A DNA stretch of 62,936 nucleotides, filler included, from Perkinsus chesapeaki ATCC PRA-425 (Eukaryota; Protista; Perkinsozoa), in assembly GCA_013115145.1 (NCBI GenBank). It is 8 parts of 8 records of this genome, joined end to end, with 100 filler letters (N's around TTAATTAATTAA, not from the genome) between each part and the next. Parts side by side here need not be neighbours in the genome. Positions count along the whole stretch, not along the records: positions 47,189 to 61,442 come from JAAPAO010000758.1; 7 more parts are not named here. The stretch is one strand, 5' to 3'. How positions within the stretch are numbered: position 1 is the stretch's first letter; each line of letters starts with the position of its first letter. Positions 47,941-59,390 of this stretch are shown in pieces. A model generated the notes under the pieces. That model worked only from the letters and a program-made list of their open reading frames with translations. It did not search any database and was not told where the DNA came from. Made by a program: the position numbers and the translations under genes.

Positions 47941-48710
47941 TCTCAAAAAATTTTTTCGAGATCTTCGGGTTTTTGCACTGAGGTCCTCGAGTCTCGGGGG
48001 CCCCGAGACAATGTCTTGATGGTTATGTCAGCAATATGAAGACATTGTCCCATGTTGACAACATCGTCATAGTAGCGACACTCCAATTTTTCTCCACAGA
48101 GGAGGTCTAACGCTTTATGAAAGATCGGACTCGCGAGAGGCTCTCGCAGAGAGCCCGGGTGATCCTGGAGCACTGCCCCATCCCAGTAAGCAAGCACACA
48201 AAATTAGCGTCTCACTAAATTCATCGACAGCATTTCTCCAATCATTGGAGTCCAATGTTTCACCTGAACACACTTCTCGGAGAAGTCTTCTCCACAAAAT
48301 GGTCATCCCACTAGCTCAGTCAGAAGAACCTAAAGAGGTAAATAGTCTTACCGTAAGATTATTACTTCTTTAGTTTGACTCTCGAAATCATATTCTTCGA
48401 TGATTAACGGTTCACCATTGATTGGGAGATGAGTGCAACACTTTCCACTTGCGTGGAAGTGGTCTCTGTCCTCCTTGCATAGTCTACAACGCAACTTGTG
48501 ACCGGAACTTTGTACACAGAAAGCCAGAAATCGGTGACCCTGTTAGACACTCTGTTGCGATAACTTCAAAAGCGTGTCATTCGCCCGTCCTCATTCCACG
48601 GCCTTGCCACACGCATCTATACAGGAATTATTAGCCTTTCACTCAGCTCAGGCAAACTCTGCAGCAGATTCTGCCATCGATTTCATACAAGGTGGATGTA
48701 TTATTCTTTC

Positions 48711-49647
48711 AGAACACGTTGAATCAGCACTTCTGGGATCGATTGGCATGCTTATTGCCATTGGTGTCGTAGCCGTGCCGTTCATTAACAACCTTACAGG
48801 ACTTATATTCCTTGGAATGTGCATCCAGGCTGGAAGTATGTCACATCCACCGATGTATAAGTATCTGTGCTGATCTCCTTAGCCGCCCTCTATTTCGCCG
48901 GTATGGCGTACTTCAATTCTGTCATCGCTCCGCCTAAGAAAAGAGGACTCATTAACTCGTGTGTCATGGGCGCCGCTAATATAGGTAAGCTAATCTACAG
49001 TACTGTGAGCTATAGTAGTAACAGTTGAGAGTAAAGACACTATTGGCATACGACTCTCAGAAGACGTCGCGCGCCTACACAGAGTGTTTCGCAGGTGGCA
49101 TAGTCGGTCCTCTCGTCGGTGGTGATTTATACGATCTCGATCCAACATATCCATTCTACCTCAGTGTATGCCTGTCATGCATTGGATCATTAGCATGTAA
49201 GACTGATGGCTGACAAACGGTGCGCGATTATTACTTCTTTCCTTGGTGAAAATCGCTTCTTCCAATGTCGTTCACGAAATGCAGACTATCGGGGAATCAA
49301 ATTTCCGAATTCTCGCTGCCTTTCATTCACAGTAAATGAGAGGCAGTGGACGGAATGTCGTCTGCATCTCTAACCAGTACATGACTTACTGGTTGGTTGC
49401 TCGATACTTCCGCTGTGGACATTGGAATAAGAAATTGTTCCGTTTTTCAGGCCTGGGAATTCATTTCGGAATAGAGTACCAGCTGAAGCTATTCAAGTTA
49501 GCGGATTCGCCCCCTCTTCCCGAAGAAGCCAGCGAGTCTCGGCCGCCATCCAATCAGGGCGACATAGCCCCGAAGGACGCCGCCTTGACAGATATAGACG
49601 ATTCTGAATCTACAGACACTGAAATTCTCGGCATGAGTGGTCCGTGA
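48711..49647 (+). pseudogene. 5'-truncated MFS transporter paralog (last four exons only recognisable)
   Basis: VAVPFINNLTGLIFLGMCIQAG; LYFAGMAYFNSVIAPPKKRGLINS; GIVGPLVGGDLY...YPFYL. Same exon layout as the 3' part of 50434..52204; no matching upstream exons seen. Confidence 0.6.
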
Positions 49648-50433
49648 AAGTAACGCTCTACTATCTGGTTCTCCTTTTGTCGTCCGAGATCAAAGCGTCT
49701 CAACGCCGAAGGCGCTCCACGAAGATGAACAACGTCGTCCCAACTTTGTGGTGGTGTTGACCACTCTTGTGTGCGCTAAGATACTTAAAAGCTTAGGTTA
49801 CTGTTCCGTGACACTGCGGTTATGCAGCGAGCTTATTCCCTCCTTACTTTCTCGTACGGAATTTCTCCTAGTTAAGTTACAAGTATTCAATGCAGCGTCA
49901 TCGGGCTGCCAGGGTAGTGCACTTAGAGTAACCGTTGAGAAGCAATAAATGCTTCTCAACCACTGAACTTTTCGACACGGTCTTCCCTGGAATGTTTCCC
50001 ACGCCTCAGAAGCGGGGCTTTACGTGAGTGTCAATCGACTGAGAGTATTCCAGCATCGCTTCCTTTATTTGAAATAATTTGGAAAAGAACTACTCATTAC
50101 CAGGTAGCTGGTAATACCAGCTGAGTTCATTTTTTCAGTCCTACCTGCAAACACAATAACAGTATAGGTATTAAACTCTCGCTCTGAAGCTGCACATAGA
50201 ATGGATAGTCTAACTAAGCCAATTTCGGCGTTGGACTATAAACTCACACACACACCTGCAAACACCAGCCACAATCACTTTGTTTCGACTGGGAAAGGCG
50301 TAGGATAATACCAAGGAAATTCCTTGAAGGAATCACGCGCTCTCGAAACCTATAAAAGTCGGTCTCATTCTAGTGGCAGTAGCAGATACTCCATTAACAT
50401 TCGATTACAGCCCATCATATAGCCACCCAGTGA

Positions 50434-52204
50434 ATGCTCCTCCAGTTGTTATTCCCCATGCCCGTGTGCCTTCAAGGAATCATACCGATCTCGGCGCGGC
50501 CTCGCCAAGGCCCATTATCGTCTGAGGAATATTACAATCTATCGAGGCTGCGTAGACTATTTTACAGATCAAAATACAACCCCAGGCGAGTGCTTGATCT
50601 TTGCCTTCTGTGTCTCGCTCTTTTCGTTGAGTGGACAGCGACGACAATGCTAGCACCGTCGACACCTTGGTGAGCCTTATTTCGCACAGAGGAGACCACG
50701 CTGTGTATCAGGTACGCAGCGAAGCTGGCTCCTAGTATGGATCAGGGCACTGTAGCGTCCGTTCTGATGGCGTCCTATGCTATTGGTACATTCTGTTCAT
50801 CATTGGTTACCGGTGCATTATCAGACAGAGTCGGTCGTCGACCAGTTTTGCTTGGCGCTATGGCCATCTTTTCGGCGTCCCAGTTCTGTGTTGCCAATTC
50901 TAATCAGCTGGTGTGGTTCGCCATCTTTCGTGCCTTAGGAGGCACAGCTGCTGGTAAGAATAAACGTCCCTGCCCGGGATCAAGCCTTGCTAGGTACGCG
51001 ACCGGTGATCGCTGCCTATCTCATCGACAGCAGTCGTCCCGAGGATATGAAGATGTACGGTGTCTTCTTCGGCCTTTGCGTCGTAGGCGGACAGGCCATT
51101 GGCTCTAGTATCGGTAACATCATTCGTTGCCTGTCTGACTAATTCTACTTTCATTCCAGGTGGTGCGATGTCCGAAGTTGCCCTGTCTTTCCCGTTTTAT
51201 TTCATGGGTGTGACTGGGCTGATAGTTCTTATATTATTACTTCTCTTCCTTACCGAGTCTCTAATTAAGGACGAGAACGGTATGCCGGTGCGTAAGGTTG
51301 GTTGTGAAGGAGCTGGTCGAAGTGAGATGGCGAAAAATAAATATCTCATCCCGACTGTCATTTGCATGTCTCTTGGGGCATTTTCAGGACAGTGAGCACT
51401 TCCTGTAAGTCTCCCATATTTTCATCTATCCAAGGTACATTGAGATAAGCTGGGCAACAGTGTTTGGCCTGCTAGCCCACGATCAGTACAACTTAAGCCC
51501 ATCCGAAAGCGGCGGAATTCTGGGCCTTCAAGTCATCGCAACACTTATTGTCAATTTTGCTTATCTTCCTATCACACGTAAGATGGGCTGATATCATCAT
51601 GGATACCGATTTATCTGTATAATGCTCAGATGTTATTGAGCCTGGAATTCTGGCTAGCCTCGGGCTCTTCATCACGTCTCTCATAATAGTAGTCCCATTC
51701 ATCCATAACATCACTGGCGTACTGTTTCTCGGTATGTCCGCACAAGCAGCACGTGAGTGGTGCAATTTATCGGAATAGCAGTTCACTTTCTACTTCTTTA
51801 GCTATGCTGTACTTTGCCGGGATGGCCTTCTTCGCTGCTGTAGTCAGCCCGCCCAAGCACAGAGGCCTTGTAAACTCTATAGTTGGTGCGTCAGCGAATC
51901 TAGGTAAGAAACTTTCATCAGACCGCCTCTTATTGGCCTGCGTCAGGTGGAATCATTGGTCCCTTTACGACTGGAAATCTTTACGTCGTCGGCCCAACTT
52001 ATCCTTTCTATCTCTGCCTATGTATCTCGTGTCTAGGGGCCACTGCATGTACACAATCTTCGCTGAGCAACATCGGGACAGCCTTCTTGTGCAGGTCTAG
52101 GTATTGAGGCAGGCATTCGGTACCAGATACGGCTGAATAGGAGAGCAGAAGAACAACGAGCTCTTTCTGAGAAACTCGATCTCCGAGATAGTACTGAAGC
52201 ATAG
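50434..52204 (+). CDS. Major facilitator superfamily transporter (DHA1/TetA-like), multi-exon; start approximate
   Basis: Motif A GALSDRVGRRPVLL, FRALGGTAAG, GGAMSEVALSFPFY, PPKHRGLVNSIVG and GIIGP, with multiple TM segments. Confidence 0.9.
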
Positions 52205-53437
52205 AAGTAGGGGTACGCATGCCTGAGATGTCCTGATATGGCTTACTGCCATGCGACTGTCGCGGCCTCATTTGGAGGCGCGGTTGATGCGTTGAAGCCA
52301 GAGATTTGTAGCTCCTGGACGAATCCTCTTTGACATCTTTGAAGGCGAGTGTTGCGTAAGCTCGGGAGTTAATAGAGGCAGCCCACATGATGTTCGTGAT
52401 ACAAACAGTTCAACTAGGGACTCGGACTTCGGACTTTCTAGAGCCTTCTAGTGTTTTTTGTCCCGTAACTTGTGCTCGCTCACCACTATACTCAGTATCA
52501 GTGAAGGAGGAAACAGTATAGTATACTGATTATACCGAGGCTAGCACCGAACGGGGGCAATCATTAATCCGACGTCGCAGTGGCATTAAGTTACCTAATC
52601 CCGCGGAGGAGCAGACCCCGCGAGGCACATTTTCCCACTCAAGCAAGCAGCTTCGTCTCGAAAGAATGAAACACCGTTTGACGACACGTTGAATCGCCGA
52701 GCTGTAAGCGTCTCACTACTCAACATTACCTCCAAAGATATATCGGAAAGGAGAAGAGTAATTGCGAAGCGAGAGCGTGACAGCAGAAACTGACGGTCTG
52801 GCTGGAGGAGCTATCTATCTAACGCAGCCGATCCGACAGACCTTAAATTGTAGAACTGGGTTCGTGTTGGGAACACCCTCCCACGAATTGTCTCTCGGGA
52901 ACTTCCCGAGCAACGCGACGAAGAAGACTCCATTAGGCGAGCGCGGTTCCAGTGAGTGAGGAGGGTCCGAAGGTACACGTTAAGTTTCTTAACTCGAGAA
53001 ATCGACGCGCTCGTTCGAGACGCTCGTTGCCGACGGGCCGTGAATATGAGGCGCTCCTCTTGTAGAAAAGAGGTAGCTTGCGACCGTATAACTGGCAGCC
53101 GTGAGCAGAGACCGTCGGCCACAATTCAGACTCTGAATTTCCCTTGCTCTAAATTTTAGAGCAGAATAGAAAAGTAGCCAAGGAATCGTCGGATGTTTTA
53201 ATGGTCAGCTCATACTACTGACAAGAGTGACAGGCTGTCACTGACAGCATAAATTGAACGCACTCTACCGTTCTAGGGGACAACCCGTCCTCTGCATCAT
53301 CTCTAACCAACTCAGCACATCATAGGAAGTCACTGAACTGACACAAGGTGGAAACCTTGTTAGTATAAGGGTAAGCTACCACAGCAACAAAAAGATCTTT
53401 TGAGGAGGCTCAAAGTGGCATCCCTGCTTAGCGCGTT

Positions 53438-53979
53438 CTACTTGGATAGAAGAACCTTCCAGTCTGAAGATGTCAGAGCGAATGTGATAGTGTCTGCAGC
53501 TGAGTCATAAGTGAAAGTTCGGCCTAACATGAGGGGGTGGTGAGTAGCAGATAACAATCAGATCTTATTGTCTCACCTTCCACTGGATCCGTAAGATAAG
53601 TAATCGTTGGGCCGACCATCTTGTAAGGAATGTCCCTGAAGTAGCGGGGATATCCCACACCCGCAACCAACCAAATGTGAGTATAGTTCCTGGGAAGCCA
53701 CACAAATAGTAGGACTCAATGGGCACACAGGTACATTACAGTTCTTGAAGAATTAGGGCGTTCACTGCAAACTTCGCAGAGATCCTCAGAGCGGCGCTCC
53801 CGTCTTCGCGGTAACCAGAGTAAACCCCTTTTGGATGAACTGAAAATATGGACATATTTCAGCGGTCCACTTGCATTCTGTAAGCTGCACACTGTGGAGT
53901 TGCACTCTATCTCACCTTCGGGCGGTTGCCATACAGCAGAGCTCCGTAGAATTGTGAAAATAATGAAGAAACCACGCAT
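53438..53979 (-). CDS. Small secreted beta-rich hypothetical protein, 4 exons
   Basis: MRGFFIIFTILRSSAVW signal, then HPKGVYSGY, RDIPYKMVGPTITY and TFTYDSAADTITF, joined by GT-AG introns. Confidence 0.45.
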
Positions 53980-55673
53980 CTGGGGTGCTTGAAAGGACTT
54001 CGTAGAATCAGTTTGGTTGAAGACGTCCTGTTCCTGCAGGAAACTTGTGGACATATGTCATTGGGAGACATGGCGATGCCAATTAAACAGAATCACATAT
54101 CAATTACATGGTTCCCACGAGGTGCTCTGCGTTTCATATGAGACCAGCGTCTCGGGAGTATAGACTTGCTTCGGGAGGCCCAATCGCTCGGGCATTGACG
54201 TGGTTCTGACGACTTGCACGATAATGCAATCGCGATAGGCAGAACGATGTGATGCAACTCCTGGCTACCTTGGCCATGTTCAGGGATATTCCGCCGAGAA
54301 TGTGGTTTTCAGATATCAAGCTCAACTCGCTTTAAATCCTTATCGATGTCATTTCGAGGACATGAGTACTCTGATTAAAAATGATAATGCCGCGATGTAT
54401 AAATCATTACAGGGGTGGTGGGCTTACACGCGCGCGTCACTGATGGAGGCGTGGAGCGTCACGATGTGTCACTTACTCTATTCTCCAGAACTTGCAATCC
54501 AAATGAGGGGGCATTGTATATAATGCGATTACCGACCTTGACTCTCTTGAGGTCTAGGGACATGAATGAATATAATAACATAATCTGATATAATCCAAGA
54601 CGTAATCTTTATGATATAATAAATACATAAATAAATAAAAGCATCATGAAATATTAAATTATGATGCATCTATACATACTATGTAATGGCGTCATAATTT
54701 AATATTACACTCAGCAAGTTGATGTAACAGTGTCGTTGAGTCTCAAGGCAACGGCGACCAACGAGGACGATACTGTGCCAGTAACTATTTTCATGTGAAT
54801 TTGCGTAATAAGAAGTTCAGCTAAGAAAGCCTCATGCCTGATAGGAGCAGCTGCATATCATTCTACCGTCAATGGTCAGAGATGCTGCGAAAATGTCTCT
54901 TTATCATGGCTCAAGTTCTAATCATACTTTCACCCAGGCACTGATCGTCAGCCAGGCTACACTCTGATATATAGTTCTCGAGTTGGTATCTTCAGAGTCT
55001 GGTTGTATAAGGCAGCTCCGTATGCTACGACGGTCGTTGTACGACCTTCTTGGGGATAGTCTGTGAGTCTCAGACTGAGACTATGCCAGAAGGGACCTTG
55101 GGTATCTGGTGGCCCGATTTTCCGAGAACTTTCAATGTTCTGCAAATTCCTGGTTTTACGATGTTACAAAACATGGTTGAGCTTCTCAGCTTGAGGACCA
55201 CAATGCTAGTTGGAAGCCTGAGTGGCTTCAGGTACATACCTACGTACATTACTAATATGTTACCAGAAAATGACCGGCAGACATACCGTCACTTGCCATG
55301 GTTGGAATCCAACGGCTGGATGTCACATATTGAATGTGACACGAAGAGAGGCCCTCCCAGTCATATGCAACTTGTGATTCACAAGTTGTGAACAAATGAC
55401 ACATCGGTGAGGATGGTGAGCAAAGCAAAGACAAATGACATGCGCAAGTGATATTCTGGGCTCACTGACATAAATAGGCCGATAATGTTAGGATGTATTA
55501 TACTGTTATTCCAACCTCGACGTCATGGTATCGAGGTGACGTGGCCCATTCCGGGCAGAATCTGAACGCATGCACTTTGTGTAGTGCCTCAAGTGATGTC
55601 CCTATCGACAATTTTTGGGAGAGATTCATAAACCACTCCTGCAGCTGGAGTTATTCTTCTTCCTCTTATTGTA

Positions 55674-56063
55674 ATGGCCCACATCAGTGCCGTCATCGTT
55701 GGTATTCTCACCCTTATCGGCAAGGCTCACGCCGAATCATCAGATCCAACCGTACCATTTCATTGCTCCAAGTGTGATAGGATAAGCATGATTCAGTTCA
55801 CCGGTCCCTCGGGAACCAATGTGATGTTTTACAGTGCCCCGGGAAGGATGCCGCAGTTCTCCTATCTCTGTGATTACACCTCTAAACAGGGTCCCTCCAA
55901 ACTCAAAATCACTCTGACGAACTGTGGGAGTCTTATCGAAGACTCCGGAGGTTTCTATGACCAGAGGCTCCTCACCGGTATCACTGTGGATGAGACTGTA
56001 TTAACCGTCCCCAATGCAGACGGGTCCTTCGAGACTTTTGTGGCGAAAGACATAACCAAGTAG
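55674..56063 (+). CDS. Small intronless secreted protein (CxxC family), paralog A
   Basis: Signal peptide MAHISAVIVGILTLIGKAHA; aligns with 56616..57050. Confidence 0.7.
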   Translation: MAHISAVIVGILTLIGKAHAESSDPTVPFHCSKCDRISMIQFTGPSGTNVMFYSAPGRMPQFSYLCDYTSKQGPSKLKITLTNCGSLIEDSGGFYDQRLLTGITVDETVLTVPNADGSFETFVAKDITK

Positions 56064-56615
56064 GACTATGGTGCTACTATATTAGGTCATGTTATTCCCC
56101 TTCCCCTGTTGTCATTTTGCCTCTTAATGGGCTGTGGGCTGCTCCTTCTGAAGTCATTAAGACTGGTCTGCGGGCTTTCTTATCCTGAATCAGGTGACAG
56201 CCACGTGGCTCAAGTAGGTTGGCTTGACTGCCACTTGATCAGTCCTTGTCATTCATTTCTGCTGTCTATGGTATTATTGCCCAGTTAGTGCTGAACAGCT
56301 GTGAGCGATGCTTCATAAGAGAACGTGCACACTTAGCAGGATACTGAGTAGCACTCACGGAGCTTGTCTTTTTGTCTCGAAAGTTCCAAGCTGGAAGAAA
56401 CAACGGTCGCTAGTGTGTTGAGTCCAGCATGGTTAGTAATACATTGTATTCTAAGACTAAAATATTGCATCCTGCAAATGGTTTATCTCGCAGAATCCAT
56501 CTAAAGTTTAGGTTCTGAACGATATACTTCCCCAATCGAAATAGGGATGTCTTTCAGACCAGATTACCAATGACACTCAGTCTGAATGATTCAGATTATT
56601 TGTTATGAACTCCTA

Positions 56616-57050
56616 ATGACCTCCCTCTCTTACATCGTCATTGGTATTGTTATTATCACTACTAACGAAGCTAAACTAGTCGAGAAGGCTGCGGTATTCG
56701 ATGTTGCCGCCTCCACAGGGCCTGGGCCTGTTAGTGGTAACTATACGTGCAGGACATGCATGCGATTTGATATGATTGAAGTTGTGGCATTGGCCAAGCT
56801 CCTCATCTTTCACAGCGTCAAGGGAGCCATGCCGAAAGCTAGCTACAAGTGCTACTACAACTTCTACGAGGTGGCGAAAACCTGGAACTTGACCCTCATA
56901 AAAGGTTCCGATGAAATTGTTAAAGATTCTGGATATTTCTATACCGATAATATTCGTGCTGGTGTTGTTGGAACCGACAGGCTGATATTGGTGCCTGTTG
57001 CCAACGTTTTCAAAGAAGAATTTGATTTATTGAACAACTATGAACATTGA
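56616..57050 (+). CDS. Small intronless secreted protein (CxxC family), paralog B
   Basis: Signal peptide MTSLSYIVIGIVIITTNEA; shares CxxCxR..MI, FxS..GxMP..SYxCxY and DSGxFY with paralog A. Confidence 0.7.
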   Translation: MTSLSYIVIGIVIITTNEAKLVEKAAVFDVAASTGPGPVSGNYTCRTCMRFDMIEVVALAKLLIFHSVKGAMPKASYKCYYNFYEVAKTWNLTLIKGSDEIVKDSGYFYTDNIRAGVVGTDRLILVPVANVFKEEFDLLNNYEH

Positions 57051-57559
57051 GTATTCGGTATAACATTACATTAGCAATATGACGTCACCATCAAGCGTCT
57101 TCTTTTTATTTGCGACTTTTAAATTACAACGGTCTCAATTTCTTACATCAACATCAGATAACACAGTGGTCGTGGTTTTGGACCTTTACCATCACAGTGT
57201 CCTGCACCACGCCTGTTCCATCATCGATGCAACAATACTGAAGTCATTTACATCCATTACTCAGTAAATGGAGCTTTTTCTTCATGATGGTACTTTTCAA
57301 GCATCGCATAGAGCAGGCGTTGTTTCACTTGCACGATCGTTGTTGATTTAGTGGCTCAATTCCAGCCCTCCCAAATACTGATCTTACCACGAATGAATCC
57401 TTGTAGAAGACACGACTACAGTCTCTCCCACAAAGACTTTAGTTAGTTGAAAACGTCCATCTCATGTCGCTATGTTGCATAGGACCACGCACGCAGAGAT
57501 GCGATTCGCAACTTGACATTGTGACTGTACGAATACCCGATGTTTTGCTTACAGCTAGC

Positions 57560-57790
57560 ATAGGAATTTTCGGCTCGAATTTTCTGAGGATGATACTGTA
57601 GTACGAGGAAGGCACAGGATACCTCACAAGGAAGTGTCGCTAATCTTGTTCGTGTTGTAGATCTTGAAGATGCGGCAGTTCATCGATGAGCGTCTCGAAA
57701 GTATTTCGGGAATACCAGTACTGGCTGAACTCGGCAGCCTTCCGCAGAGTAAACGGTTTCGACTTAGTCGTGACGGAATTTGTGTGATAC
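57560..57790 (-). pseudogene. Possible decayed EEF1AKMT1/N6AMT2-like methyltransferase fragment
   Basis: EFSQYWYSRNTFETLIDEL resembles the family N-terminal SQ(F/Y)WYS motif. It is followed by a stop and a frame-shifted AFL; later motifs (DPPF) were not found. Confidence 0.3.
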
Positions 57791-58304
57791 TGAGAATCTG
57801 CACTTGCTTGGTTCGGTGATAAAACACTGCTAACTTCGCGCTTGAACTTCTAGCCCCAATCGAAAACCTGCCAAGTATCCTAGAACCAGTGGGCGTGCCC
57901 CATCAGTGAACTTCTGTCCGTCCATGCCCTGCAGTAAGAGTAAGAGTGCGAGAGGCCAAGGAGAATTTCATGACTCGCCGAACTTGCCAAGAGTCCACTC
58001 CACACTGCAGCCTTCGGGTTTTACGTTTAATACAACTCACTCACTCAAACTGAGTGTCAGTCGAGTCATAACAGATGACAACGTGCCTAAGTTGCTTAAA
58101 TTTCTCTTGAGATTTTAACCACTTTCCTCAGGTTTTGCCATTGCCCTCTGCACTGCAGGCCGCAGGGACGCACGAGAGCAGTACTTGCACGCATGCGCAA
58201 TCTGAAACGGCTGAAGCTCGCACGGCGGTTGTTGGTTTAATAATGAACGTTCGACACCGACTCCTCTTGTAGTTCCCGAGATTACCGGATCCTCGCTCGG
58301 CAAC

Positions 58305-59390
58305 ATGACCACCATCATCGATGCTCTACCCTGTGAAACTGTGGGTACTGAGGAACCTGTTGAGAAGCTGGCTAAGAGGAAGATGCCAGTACTTCCCAAT
58401 GCTCGCAAAGTCATAAATGAAGAGTCTGATTCTCTGAGGCTCGATCGCCATAAGTCGGTAGCCTACTATGGGAGCAAGAGAAGCTTCTCTCGAGGGCTCT
58501 TTTGTCGCAAGTCAACTCCATCTGGGTTCTCGTTGGCCTTCTTTGACTCGGAGGAGATGCGTGAGCATCGTAAGCATGGCGGAAGAGCGAGTTCAATAAA
58601 GAATTGGCTACGTACCATGGGCACCTTCAAGGGCTCTTTCAAGACCGGGTGCATCTTTGGTGAGGATTTCTACTTCACGGCCAGACCTGATGAGAGCTGC
58701 GTCCGCAGAAAGAATTTGGACGGGAAAATGGAGAAGCCTATTAAAGTCCCCGAGACTATTGCTAGGCTAACGGCTGATTCGTGTGGTAAGAACCTCATCG
58801 CTGTAGCGAAGACTGGGAAGGTTTACATGCTCAAAAGTGACAAGTCTGGCTGGAAGGAACTAATGACCATGCCGAAGGCACCTAAGGGCGAAAAGACGGT
58901 CTACACCTTAGAAGATATAATTATAGAGGACGGCAAAGTGGTGAAGGCCCTGCTGAGGAAAAGCAACCCTTCAGAAGAGCGTATTTCCCCTGCTAGCAGT
59001 AGGTCGCTGTGCATCTGGCAGAGCAGCAGTTTACTTACTCAAACCAAGAAGGTTCGCGCCGAGTCAGCTAGGTTCGTTCCCGGAACAGACGGACGCGCTT
59101 GCTGTGGGGTGTTCTTTAGAGATTACTCCTGTATCGATATGAACTATTTTAGCGTATACGACTTGGAGGAGGATCAGTTCATCACCCAACCTGAGGATGC
59201 TATCTTCAATTATGAGAATATTAACGTATCTTCCATTTTGGCCGATGAGAACTGGAAGGTTGTTATTCGCGGAGATGACTTTAGGGTGAAGTCCTATGCA
59301 TCCTATCCGACACTATACGTCACTGCATTACAGCTGAGTGCTGACGAGGCCGATCAAGAGGCCAAAAGAGTTAGAGGCTGTGGAGGATAA
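58305..59390 (+). CDS. Hypothetical protein, probable beta-propeller; may have an upstream exon
   Basis: 361-aa ORF with repeated short beta-strand/turn units (DFYFT, LIAVAKTGKVYM, FSVYDLEED). An acceptor-like cttgtag lies about 35 nt upstream. Confidence 0.5.
   Translation: MTTIIDALPCETVGTEEPVEKLAKRKMPVLPNARKVINEESDSLRLDRHKSVAYYGSKRSFSRGLFCRKSTPSGFSLAFFDSEEMREHRKHGGRASSIKNWLRTMGTFKGSFKTGCIFGEDFYFTARPDESCVRRKNLDGKMEKPIKVPETIARLTADSCGKNLIAVAKTGKVYMLKSDKSGWKELMTMPKAPKGEKTVYTLEDIIIEDGKVVKALLRKSNPSEERISPASSRSLCIWQSSSLLTQTKKVRAESARFVPGTDGRACCGVFFRDYSCIDMNYFSVYDLEEDQFITQPEDAIFNYENINVSSILADENWKVVIRGDDFRVKSYASYPTLYVTALQLSADEADQEAKRVRGCGG

Noticed and set aside
47189-48420. Short ORFs at the start of contig 7
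   Set aside because: Multiple stops and no family signature; possibly decayed sequence.
56199-56214. agcca-cg-tggctcaag resembling a relict dinoflagellate/Perkinsus spliced leader
   Set aside because: Only a partial match, about 400 bp upstream of the next ATG and without SL RNA gene features; chance similarity is likely.
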